From the NCBI GenBank assembly GCA_002633005.1, contig NMRA01000555.1:217867-281866 (forward strand): a stretch of 64,000 nucleotides of DNA, given 5' to 3'. The notes below the pieces were generated by a model. The model worked only from the letters and a program-made list of their open reading frames with translations, was not told where the DNA came from and ran no database searches. This document shows positions 1-13,000 of this stretch, in pieces (within the stretch, counting starts at the first letter, position 1; every line of letters begins with the position of its first letter). The position numbers and the translations under genes are program-made. This stretch comes from Phoronis australis. Taxonomy: Eukaryota; Animalia; Phoronida.

Positions 1-264
1 AAAGACAATTGTGGATATTGTTCAACCCGTAGTTACTTCAATCGAAAGGTTTCGTAAAAAACTATATTGATGTTTGTAAAGAATATTGTTGGCCTATATA
101 AAAGAATAAAGTTTTTCGTGCAATACGTTTTTGAATTATTCTTGAGAGGGATAATATAATGGTCTTATAACTGGAGAGCAACGTACCGTCAAGGTGGCTT
201 CAGTTACATAAGGGCACAACTTTGATTTAGATTACCTGGGAAAAAATTCAGAGGCCAGAGGTTC

Positions 265-490
265 CATGCGCGCACCTAGGGGTGGGGGGAGGCATTTGGC
301 GAAGTGTGTAAACAGGTATGCCTCAGAGAAAAAACTCCGAAAAGTAGAAAACGAGACAACAGTCCACTGACAAAATTCGGTAAACGCACAACTCATTGCT
401 CTAAACGTACATGTACCCCATGAATCTTAGTAAAAGGTTCAAATTCTCAAAAATTCGATCCCCCCATTTTTAAGCTGAATGGCTGGGTTC
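265..490. mobile_element. Degenerate copy of the same MITE family
   Basis: CATGCGCGCACCTAGGGGG...CATTTGGCGAAGTG...CAGAGA..AAAA.TCCGA aligns with 62725-62820. The right end is decayed. Confidence 0.6.
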
Positions 491-1642
491 GTTATAAGAA
501 AGGTCAAAATTCAAGTTCAAGTTCATACCGGTTTTTTCCGTAGATAAGTCCATGGGCGCGTATTTGGAAAGCGAAAATTTTCAGACATTTTCGGAAAGGA
601 GCGTGTAAACGGAAAGTCATAGCCTCGGCTGACATGAAAATATCAGCGATTTTTTTCAAGAAACTGTGTTTTATTTTAAAGTTAATAAATACATAGTTTG
701 CCAACACTTAGTTCGTTTTTGTAAATGATAAATGCTCCACCAAACTGAATTTGTGGCTAAACGTTGACGCTAAGTGGGCTTTTAAGAAGACATGGGCGTT
801 TCACCGGGTGGGCGTATCTACGGAAAATCCTGGTATGGGCACCGTTTTATCACATTAGTAGAAACGTAATCGTGACCTGTGCTTGATATATTTGTTAATG
901 ATTTAATTATTTTAGAACTTAGCGTGTTCATCAACTGCTCAAATTTGAGATGATTTGATGGTCTTCAACATCATGAATTTTAATGTTTTTACGAGAATTG
1001 TACGTTAAATTCGCCTCATTCAAAGGGGTGCAATGGTCCTGACAGCACTTCTCGGATACAACACGCTATTGTATCATGAACGGTTGGTGAAATCAAACGG
1101 AAAAATTTTCACGTTGAAGAACAACTCTTTGTCATATTTTAACCTAATACATACATCAAAAAGAAAAACACGCCAAAGTGGAACCAAAACTTAATTCTAG
1201 TTTAGAAGAAAATTTCGTCTTTAATACCCCAAAGACATTTTAAATGTTTCTTTTTAGTTTTAGCATAATGATGGCAGTCAGGAAAACTGAAACAGCTCTG
1301 AAATTGCGTCGTATTCGAGACATGGCAGCGACGAGTAGGTCATCCAGGCTCTAAATATTTTAGTTTTGTCCTTGTCGATGACATTACGGACTCATGGGGG
1401 GTGGAAGTCGAGCGTGTGATGGATTCTTCCATAGGAAGCGTTGTTTACAAACATGCCGCCATCGCAAGTTGGTATTTCATACTCTCTATCGGTATAGTCT
1501 TGGTGGGACGTATGGCCAAAGGTCATATGTTTAAAACAAACAGTGCAGGTGGTTTGATGTCATTTGCGGTGCATCAGACGTGCGCAGGCCTCATGGTTAG
1601 GCCCATTGCACAAAACACGTGAGCAAAGGCACGAGAGCCCAA

Positions 1643-2205
1643 TTATGACTCCTCGTGAAGAAAGTTTTCAAGTCTGCCAGTTGCCTTTAGGAAAACGGAC
1701 AGACGTTTCCACCTGTTGCCATGCACTATCTGTTGTAGGCACCTAACAGTGCCATGCAGTAGGTTGCTCCTTAGCCTATAAAAAGCTGGGCAAGACTCTA
1801 CCAGGTGTTTAGGATATTCTACGTCAGTACCACACTCGGGACACACAGGGCTCCCCATATGCCCAGTAATGTGTCTGTGTCCGGCTAGGTTGCAGAGGGC
1901 CGTCAAAACTTGAATGAGGTGCCTTACACCCAATCTATCTAGACTCAGAAGGCTTTTTTAACCTTTTGGTTCGATCACGTTGGGAAAATTCTCCTAGGTC
2001 TCTCTGCAGGAGTTAAGTGATGAACACTGGGCTGCTGACTAGGTATGTACCCAGTTGCGTATACCCATCCTGCAACATCCGTAAGATAACGGGATAGCAG
2101 GTTCAGGCACAAAATGCAGAAAGGTTGCTCCTATCTTTGCGAGTCTGTCTGCATTCTCATTGCCATCAATCTCCACATGGGCCCTGACCCAGCGTATAAT
2201 GACGG
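1643..2205 (-). mobile_element. 3' remnant of an RNase H-containing non-LTR retrotransposon (I/LOA/R1-like group)
   Basis: Minus strand gives IRWVRAHVEIDGNENADRLAK (RNase H WV.aH..i.GNE.AD.lAK motif). After stops and frameshifts it gives CPECGTDVEYPKHLVESCP (CX2C..E...H....CP zinc knuckle). Confidence 0.85.
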
Positions 2206-4075
2206 ACTAGCGTGATGTCGCCGAACTCGCAAGACGCTAGGTTGCAGAACGTAGCCTGGGTTGGGCATCGTGCCTGTTTTACTTCCTTTCAGCAACTAGG
2301 TCCGTTGACCTTTGATCTCTAAAAAACATGTTTTAGTGCCAACAGGACTTTCTTCACAGCAGTATTTCATCTTCCAAAAGGACATCACAACGATTTTATA
2401 ATGGCTAAATCAAAGGACAGGCACCAGTTTATAACCCCTTTGATAGCTTACATGTAGATTAAAAAAATAATGAGAAATAAATATATTGGAATATCAAAAT
2501 GTACAAACATGTTCATGCAAAATACAAAAATTGTTGTTCTAAGCTAATAGTCATTAAGTACTACAGTCGAACTCTGGATTGACAAACACACCATGTCATG
2601 CTAATAGATCCATTGACGTCATTAAAAGCCCCGTATGCAACGTATAAACAGCTATGAGGAAGTGGAATGCACGTAGATGAGTATTATACTCGACTATTGG
2701 AATGTACTTTTAGACTGGTGTTACATGTACAGAGTCCATTTCTCTTCACAATATTCTAAAACTTTCAGGATGTCCACATGAACTACAGAATAAATAGCTT
2801 CTTCAGGACATGTAGGCTACGCTATACCATGTTATCCAAGGGTATTCACTCACCAATTTTTGTAAGGAATGATAAAAGAATAGATCACACTGGTGTTGTG
2901 GAGTTGTTCAGTTGGAACACAATGTAACATCAGCCTTTTCTAACAATAAGTGTATTACCCTCGCTTTGATTTCTTGCACACAGATACAGTCACTATTCTA
3001 TGACACGCACTTGCGGCACGTGCTATCCTCGTGACCATGAATCAGAACGATTACCCTGTATCAAGATACCACAGTCTACCAAAGGTACAAACCCTTTTCA
3101 AATATTCCTAACTTTTAAACATATATCTAGGTCAAATGCCTTCAAGAGAACACAGATTCACCACAATTGAAAACTGGCAGCACTAGTTTCTAAACCAACA
3201 GTGGCAATAATACCAGAATTTGCAGCTATTGACAAGGTGTATCCACGAGGAATCATTCATATTTCGCAGAGGGGTCAATATCACTGAGGGCAACACCTGA
3301 CCTTTGGCCTTTGGGGTGTGCGTCTTATGTAAAATCTTTCCAACTTGTGTTTCTACCGTTTTGGTAAACAAATGAGGAATCAAATTCGGCAATCGGACAG
3401 CATAAATTATGGCCTTAAGTGTAAATGAAATGGTGTGCTCTACACAACATGTCAGTATAAGGACCTAAAAATCATTGCGGGTTACCATAGTTGTCTTCCC
3501 TCAATCTTCATACAAAACAGTGATAAGACACTTAGTATACTCCAGCCGTCACGGATTAAGCAGCCTTTGGCCCTCTTACTGCTGGCACTGGAGCCATTTA
3601 CCAATAATACCTGGAAGCTTTGCATTGAAATGGGAGCTCAAACCTCACTGGGCAAAAGAACAGCTAAACATGGGTTCTTTTACCACTAGAAATAACAAAA
3701 CGACAAAGCAAGTTGGTGGCAAAGACCTGCGTTTTGGTAAAGCAAAATTGGTTCTGCAACGCTAAAGGTAGACAGTTCACCGTTCACATATACAGGGCAC
3801 CTGGGCTGGCAGATGTGGGCATGTCATCCTGATTAACTACACCTAATTCAGCTTACCACTTTAGAAAACAAACTGGATGATCAATACAATTTACATTCAG
3901 AGAAAAAATCCTTGCCAAATGTATATTTAAATAACTTCCTATGCATCTTTGTTTATAATACTGAACCCAGAAGTTGTGTTTGAACATGACACTTGTTTTA
4001 ATTCTTCCTTTTGATTCAGAACTCCAGCCCATCTTCGCCAACAAAATCCGTGTGGTGTATGCAGATTGGCAGAAA

Positions 4076-7000
4076 TCAGCCTCGGTTTGGTGCATGGAAA
4101 GACATGATTGGTCGATCGCTGCCCACTGATAGTGGATCTGGAGACGCCATAGTCCCTCGGAACAGAGTGTTTCCAAAGTCTCTAGTGGGCGTCATTGTAC
4201 GGTGCATGTCATCTGAAGCAATTTAGAACAGATATCAATAATTTTGTAAAAACAGCATCATTTGCCAACAACTATACAATACAGTGAATTTAGAGAAGGA
4301 TTTTGTCACTTGCTAAAGTTGGCTTTAATGATTGAACAGTCAGTTAGCAACAGTATCTCATGTGTTATCAGTGTCAAATTAAGTACAAATATTAAAAACA
4401 AACAACAAATTAAGTCAAGGACAATAAACTTCAAAGTTCAAAATAAGTTAGATGTTATTTCTCAAATGGCGTGACAATGTCCATCTCACCAGAGAAAGGT
4501 AGCGGGTAAGTGCCTGTAGACATCATGGCTTGTGCTTGTGTCTGCGCCTTGGCAATGATCTCGTTGATCTTGTCCATCCTACTCTGTCCGCTCCTGAGGA
4601 AATAAGCAGTGCAAGACTTAAGCATGGGTGACGAGTGTATGGAGAGTAGGGGGAAATAGGGTTATAACTAACACTAATGAAAATAAGTATGCTGACGATT
4701 AGACGCGTGGGGGTATGAGAGGAGAAATGACGGCTGATTGGGGAAACTAGTAATTGCTGCAAAACACTGATTTCGTGTGACAGAGCATAGAAACAATAGG
4801 ACTGGAGCAAGCACACAATGCCAAGAAATCAACTAAAGGAAAATGTTAAAATAAAAATGTAGCTTTTCAATACTGAAATGTATTCCTCAAATTTATATTA
4901 CAAGGCAGTGAAATAGATCCCAGCACATTAATTGAAAGCCAAAATTACCAGCACAGAAAACAAGTGCACCTCTGCTGGGAATTTCATAATAATATTGAAG
5001 TTGTGAATCCTGCCTATGACCTATAGCATCTTAGATGAATGTGATCCATGTTTGTTGGTTAGTAGCTGACAATTAAATAGGTGGACCATAGCATGCTCTT
5101 CTTAATCATTAAATGATATTTCATCATCTCATTAACATAATCTGCAATAACATTGTACATTGCTTGACTGACAATCCATTTACACTATTCAGACAACATT
5201 CAAATAAGTCCTGCTTAAATGTAGGTGTCAGATTTCAGGTAACAGGTAAAATGGGGGGGTTCCCTTTTGAATTCAACAATTTTCAGATGATTTTGAGCAT
5301 TAAAATGCTTACTGAATGACAGGTCTGTAGAGAGGACAATGTATTAAATAAATGCACTGTGACTGAGTACAAACTCACAGAGGGCAGCACTAACCTGTCT
5401 TGTGCCGGACTGTCCTTCCTCTTATACATCATGAGCTGAAGTCGTAGTCGTTGGTTGTCCTCCTCACTGGACTTAAGGCTCGACTTGGTGACTGCATGTA
5501 ACGTCTGCTCAGTGGATAGGGCCGACTGAATCTCATTCAGCTGAGGACAGAGTGAAAAGACCGTTAATATCGAGCAAAGCATACCCACCCATATGGGGAT
5601 ATACATGTAGGTCACCTGTTCACCATTTTTGTTAATATTAGAATGACACCAGTAACTGGCTATGAAAAGGTATAAACAAAACTTGAAGTCTGATACGCTT
5701 TTTTGAACCGGAACTCAGGCACATCAGAATTCTGAAGTTTCACACTTTACAGATATTTTATTGCTGCAGTGAAAGCTACTGTTCAGTACGCAGACTAATT
5801 AGCGATATAACAACGAGAGTAACTGTGAACATGTAAAGCCTGCTCAGTTCAAACAGTTGGCAAGAACACAGGTTACACAACACCACACATTACATGGAAT
5901 ATTTAGAATCATGTGGTGTTACACAGTACAAGTGACTAGCTGTGAAGGTCATGATTGGCTTAAAATGTAGACAACTTAAGTAAGGCCAGGTAAAACATAT
6001 ATGGTAATAAGCTACACTATTACCAAAGATCCAATTTCTCTAATGACCTTTTAACTGTTAATAGTAGACTAATAAAACTCTATACCTTTAGAATTCTAGA
6101 CCTCGGTGCACAAGAATATTGCCCAGTTTTTTTGTAATCATCTGTCACACTGAGATTCTTAAAAGAAATCTCGATTTTTGACAGATTGACATCATTTCTA
6201 GACACATGACTTTTGTAAATGAGACCTGCATACTGTTTCAAGGATGCAATCATAACGTGCCCATGCAATATATGTGGACACATTAAACTACCAATAAAGA
6301 AGACATCAGCATTCCTTGAAAAAACGTAAGTATTGGTTTTTGACAGCTGAAAAGTACGACAATTTCCATGAAAACCACATATCTTGAGAAAAAGCGTAAT
6401 CACATGATGACAAACATCTGAGCATTCCTTTCCCACACGTATTTAGATTACGTGATCAGCAAGGATTTTAAAAATATGTGATGCTGTTTTTAGAGTAAAC
6501 AATTAATGCTTAAAACTATTTAAGCAATTTGATCCTTGGTTACGAAGGTACTCTATTACAATAAAATTAGACACTGGCTGATCAAAATAATCAGATGATA
6601 AGACCAGACGAACGTGTCATGCATAGCCCCTCTTCAGTGTCTAATGATGTCAACTCACTCAAGTCAAAGTATCGATGAAACAATAAAAATAAGAAAAAAA
6701 CAACCTGGAATTCCTGCCATGATGGCCGAGTGCAAAAGTGTGATAATAACGGCGATTTACACCCTCGTGTTTACCTTCCGTTTATAGTCCTCCATCTGCT
6801 TGGTAGATACGCCGTCACCTTTGTCCTTGTTCAGCTCCATCTGTAGGCGTAGTGTTATCTCTTGCAGCTGACGAGACATCTCATTCCTGCAACAGACAAC
6901 AGGTGTCCTCAGTGACACTAATCAAGAGTTTTCAAGTGCACTATAGTGTGGTATACTCACAAAAGTACTCACTGGTAAATAGTGCCCAAGTGCAAACTCA

Positions 7001-10000
7001 AGACGATATCCATAGCAACTAACACAGTGCACTTAAGCCATCACTTCAACCCCTGTTAACAAGCGGGCATTCAGTAGACACGAAAACCTTGCGAAAACAC
7101 ATTCAAGGCTTCACGTGATATCACCGTACATCACAACAGAAGCACATGATGACAATACCTTCCTGTGTGAGGTTCATTCATCCACACAACTCAGACATGA
7201 TTTGGACAACATGCGAATACATCTTAAGATTTTAGATTGTTGTTTCAACCTATTAAATAAACGTTAAAACATCCCCCTGTTGTTTTTTCTCTGTTTAATC
7301 TTTTTTCTTTTAATCCCCTTCTCAATCTTGACCAAAACAAAAACAGTAGAGCAATAAGTCTGTTCTTTGATTTTGACCTAAATTGTTCTTTGATTTTGAC
7401 CTAAATCAAAATTTGCTTCAGGCATCACAAGTTCTTCACAGGCGTATTTGTTTGTACAAAGCGACGTCATAGTGTTTTTGTCCTTTGTTTAAATTGACTG
7501 GCTTACAATTAGTCCAGATCACCAGACACACTGTTTTGGTGACTGAAACTAACCAGTTGTGACAACAAATTTCGATGTTTTTGTCTAAAGCAATAACGAC
7601 CAATCCGTTCCTCTTAAGCTCAGAAATTATTTGTATTCTGAGTATGGAACAAGATAAGGTTAATTTTGTGTGTCCTAAATCAACGAGATAAAGTTAATTT
7701 TGTGTGGACTAAATCAACAACTGGCTTTTGACAAAAGACACAGGTTGTTACAAGCTTAAGACATTGTTAAATATACTAGTACCATATTTTATCCAACCTA
7801 TTCAGGAAATTTAAAAAAAGTATTTGTAATAAACATAAATATTCAAAACTATTTTTAAGTGGAAAAGCACCAATTTGGACTGAAAAACTAAATAAATCTA
7901 TGTCAATTAAATCTACAAAACTCATTCCTACTTGAGTGTATTGACTTTGTCTACATTCTCTGCATCATCCAGTTTGTTAGCAACATTACGAAGCCGAGAT
8001 AGTTCCGATACCAGAGACGAGTTCCTGCCAAAGAAGACATGACAATGTATTAAAACATGACTTTTTGAAAATACTGACACCATGGTCAGAGGGAAAACCT
8101 CTGGAAAACACACAAAGAAAATTATATTTTCAACGTGGACGAGAGAAATAATTATAGGACAAATGATCTTGATATGGACAAAAAATGAATTGAAAACACA
8201 AAGAAAAAGCTTTATTTTCAGCACAAAAACGTAATCTTGTGGTCAACGTCTTATCCAGACAAATCTTTGTGTAACGAAGATCAGAATCTGACCTGCTAAT
8301 GACTCCTAGCATTTCATGACAAGTACACTCTTGATTGGGTCGATATGAATTCATATTAAGCTGATGATAAATGACCATCAGATTGCTATTAGTCAGGTAA
8401 TCATTCATAGAATGGTTCATGGAAAACCTCATTCATTGGTCAGTGAAAAGGNNNNNNNNNNNNNNNNNNNNNNNNNNNNNNNNNNNNNNNNNNNNNNNNN
8501 NNNNNNNNNNNNNNNNNNNNNNNNNNNNNNNNNNNNNNNNNNNNNNNNNNNNNNNNNNNNNNNNNNNNNNNNNNNNNNNNNNNNNNNNNNNNNNNNNNNN
8601 NNNNNNAAAGTATTGCTCACAGGCTACTTTAGTTTTTGACAATATTGGACAAGACGACTAGTTCTTGTTTGTCAATCATCTAAGTTCTTAACAGGTCCTC
8701 CTGGAGGCAATTTGTTTGCAGTTGTTGGATTTTATATTTTAACCTATTAAAATAATTAAAAAATTATGGGTCATGGGTTGGAGAAATAAATGAAAAATAT
8801 GGGCGGTGGGTACGAAATAAAAGTGCCTTCCCCCCTCCCATACAGATTTTGCTGGAACAGCCCTAAAGAAGACATCAGCATTCCTTGAAAAAACGTAAGT
8901 ATTGGTTTTTGACGGCTGAAAAGTACGGCAATTTCCATGAAAACCACAAATCTTGAGAAAAAACATAATCACATGATGACAAGCATCTGAGCATTCCTTT
9001 CCCACACATATTTAAATTACGTGATCAGCAAGGATTTTATAAATATGTGATGCTGTTTTAAGAGTAAACAATTAATGCTTAAAACTATTTAAGCAATTTG
9101 ATCCTTGGTTACGAAGGTACTCTATTACCATAAAATTAGACGCTGGCTGATCAAAATAATCAGATGATAAGAACTGACGAACGTGTCATGCATAGCCCCT
9201 CTTCAGTGTCTAATGATGTCAACTCACTCAAGTCAAAGCATCGATGAAACAATAAAAATAAGAAAAAAAAACAACCTGGAATTCCTGCCATGATGGCCGA
9301 GTGCAAAAGTGTGATAATAACGGCGATTTACACCCTCGAGTTTACCTTCCGTTTATAGTCCTCCATCTGCTTGGTAGATACGCCGTCACCTTTGTCCTTG
9401 TTCAGCTCCATCTGTAGGCGTAGTGTGATCTCTTGCAGCTGACGAGACATCTCATTCCTGCAACAGACAACAGGTGTCCTCAGTGACACTAATCAGAGTT
9501 TTCAAGTGCACTATAGTGTGGTATACTCACAAAAGTACTCACTGGTAAATAGTGCCTGAGTGCAAACTCAAGACGATATCCATAGCAACTAACGCAGTGC
9601 ACTTAAGCCATCACTTCAACCCCTGTTAACAAGCGTGCATTCAGTAGACATGAAAACCTTGCGAAAACACATTCAAGGCTTCACGTGATATCACCGTACA
9701 TCACAACAGAAGCACATGATGACAATATCTTCCTGTGTGAGGTTCTTTCATCCACACAACTCAGACATGATTTGGACAACATGCGAATACATCTTAAGAT
9801 TTTAGATTGTTGTTTCAACCTACTAAATAAACGTTAAAACATCCCCCTGTTGTTTGTTTTCTGTTTAATCATTATCTTTTAATCCCCTTCTCAATCTTGA
9901 CCAAAACAAAAACAATAGAGCAGTAAGTATGTTCTTTGATTTGACCTAAATCATTCTTTGATTTTGACCTAAATCAAAAGTTGCTTCAGGCATCACAAAT

Positions 10001-13000
10001 ATAAACTTTCTTCACATGCGTATTTGTTTGTACAAAGCGACGTCATAATGTTTTTGTCCTCTGTTTAAATTGATTGGCTTACAATAAATACAGACCACCA
10101 GACAAACTGTTTTGGTGACTGAAACTAACCAGTTGTGACAAACAAATTTCGATGTTTTTGTCTAAAGCAAACAACCAATCAGTTATTCTTAAGCCTAGAA
10201 ATTATTTGTATTCTGAGTATGGAACAAGAGAAGGTTAATTTTGTGTGGCCTAAATCAACGAGATAAAGTTAATTTTATGTGGCCTCAATCAACAACTGGC
10301 TTTTGACAAAAGACACAGGTTGTTGCAAGCTTAAGACATTGTTAAATATACTAGTACCATATTTTATCTAACCTATTCAGGAAATTTAGAAAAAGTATTT
10401 GTAATAAACATAAATATTCAAAACTATTTTTAAGTGGGAAAGCCGCAATTTGGACTGAAAAACTAAATAAATCTAATATGTCAATTAAATCTACAAAACT
10501 CATTCCTACTTGAGTGTATTGACTTTGTCTACATTCTCTGCATCATCCAGTTTGTTAGCAACATTACGGAGCCGAGATAGTTCCGATACCAGAGATGAGT
10601 TCCTGCCAAAGAAGACATGACAATGTATTAAAACATGACTTTTTGAAAATACTGACACCACAGTCAGAGGAAAAACCTCTGGAAAACACAAAGAAAATTA
10701 TATTTTCAGCATCGATGAGAGAAATAATTATAGGACAAATGATCTTGATATGGACAAAAATGAATTGAAAACACAAAGAAAAAGCTTTATTTTCAGCACA
10801 AAAACGTAATCTTGTGGTCAACGTCTTATCCAGAGCAAACTTTATATAACAAAGAGCAGAATCTGACCTGCTAATGACTACTCACATTTCATGACAAAAA
10901 CACTCTTGATTTGGTCTATATGAATTCATATTAGGGTGATGATAAATGACTATCAGATTGTTATTTGTCCGGTTATCATTCATAGAATTGTTCATGGAAA
11001 ACCTCATTCATTGGTCAGTGAAAAGGACTTACTAAATTATCCCCACAGATGATAAACCTTGGATGGTTAATTATTATCAACCATTATCAACCATTGAATG
11101 TGAATTCTTATCAATCATTTACATCACATCATAACATTCATATGAAATGATATACTTTGACAGATATGATAAAAATCTTTTATCATGATAAATAATGACT
11201 AGCCCAAAAACCATTGTCACCCCTCCAAGACCTACCTCTTGCCACCCCCCTAGGACCCACCTTTCGGTTCCCCCTCCAAGACCCACCTTTTGCCCCCAAG
11301 ACCCATCTTACGCTCCCAAGACCCACCTCTCGATCTCAATACCCACCTCTCGGCCAGCTTATTCTGCAGTTCCTTCTCACTCTTCAGGCCCTCCTCACTG
11401 CGGATCAACGACGCCTTCATCTCACGTGCTTTCTCCTCTGCAGCGAGCGCCTCCTCTTGGAGACGAAGATTCTCGCGGTTCTTCTCGGCCAGCTGGTCAC
11501 GTGACCTCTCGAGCTGTGACGTCAACTGCTGATTCTGGATAATCAACTTGCCACGCTCTGTCTCAAAGTTAGCGCTGTCAACGAAAATGGGCGGGACAGT
11601 TACCTCAACACAGCATGCAATGTGCAAACTGTAATATTTTGCTTATGTCTGTTTTTGCACCAAAAGTCAACATTTAAGCTGACCAAAGACTAAATCCACT
11701 TTCAGGTTAAACACTAAAATTTACATTCAATTTAGACAACAGACCATGTAAAATTGGTCCCAACGGTCCTTGCTTAAATTAGTGGCAATTTCTGGGCTTG
11801 AGAAGAACAACTGTTATTATTTGAGAAAAGGCACAGGGTGACTTTAAACGGCACAGGGTGACTTTAAAAGGCACAGGGTGACTTTAAAAGGCACAGGGTC
11901 TCTTTAAAAGGCACAGGATCACTTTAAAAGGCACAAGGTGAGTTTAAAAGGCACAGGGTGACTTTAAAAGGCACAGGGTCACTTTAAAAGCACAGCACGA
12001 CCTCAAGCGGCAAAAAAACTGTCAACTCTTTCCAAGCCCAGTAATTGTTTCCGATCAGAGGATGGAAAAAATAAAGACCTCCTTCATAACATTAAGCGAG
12101 AAGGTTGTAGTTTGTCTGGCAGAAGGTGGGTTTATGTATTGGATTGTTGCTGTTATAGGAAGAAGCCAAATAAAGCATAGGATAGAATGTTATGCCATGA
12201 ATTTCACTGGCTGCACCAACAAACCTGCTACTTACTATAGGTAAAGTTTCTTCAAAATACAACAAAATATGGCGGAACAGTAAACACACATGTATTTTCA
12301 TTAAATTTTTCAACAACTAAACTTAACAAGAAGACAATTTTTCTTCATTTTTTAGAAATTTTATACAGTAGGTCTATCATCAATAAACACGTAATGAAAT
12401 TTTAAACATTTTTGGCATTACAGTGACCGTTTGAAAAACAAAAAATGACAATTTTGGCCATTATTTTTGTTCGAAGTTGAGGAGACTTTACAATGACAAC
12501 TGCAACAGGACATCCCATTTCACACAAAGCCACATAATATTTTGTTTCAACTTCACTAAAAAGCTTGTTATATTTTGGTTGGAATAGAGCTCATGGAAGT
12601 TATTTTTGCTTAAGGTAAGACTACAGAAAAATGGGCAAATTTGGGTGACTTCAGAACATTAAAGTAGAAAATTTATCATTCTCTTGAACAAAAATCTTAA
12701 ACGTTGCATGAAATGAAAACAAAGCAAGACTTTAGGGAACTCGTTTGTAACATCATTTTTGAGACTTTATGTTGAAAATCAACTGAAATTTGATAGTCTT
12801 ATTGATACCATTGTCTTGCTATAAATGTATCTATCTCTTTAATTTTTAAAAAAAATTATCAAAAAAACATGGCCACATGATCCAATTAATGGCATATTGG
12901 TAAAAAAGTCTAAAATCAAATCCACACACAATTTCTGCTTTCAGGAAACATGAACTTTTACCATTTAAAAGTTAAAATCCACAGTTTTGTGGATATTGCT

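Noticed and set aside
8364-8661. ORFs containing X runs
   Set aside because: Artefacts of the N gap.
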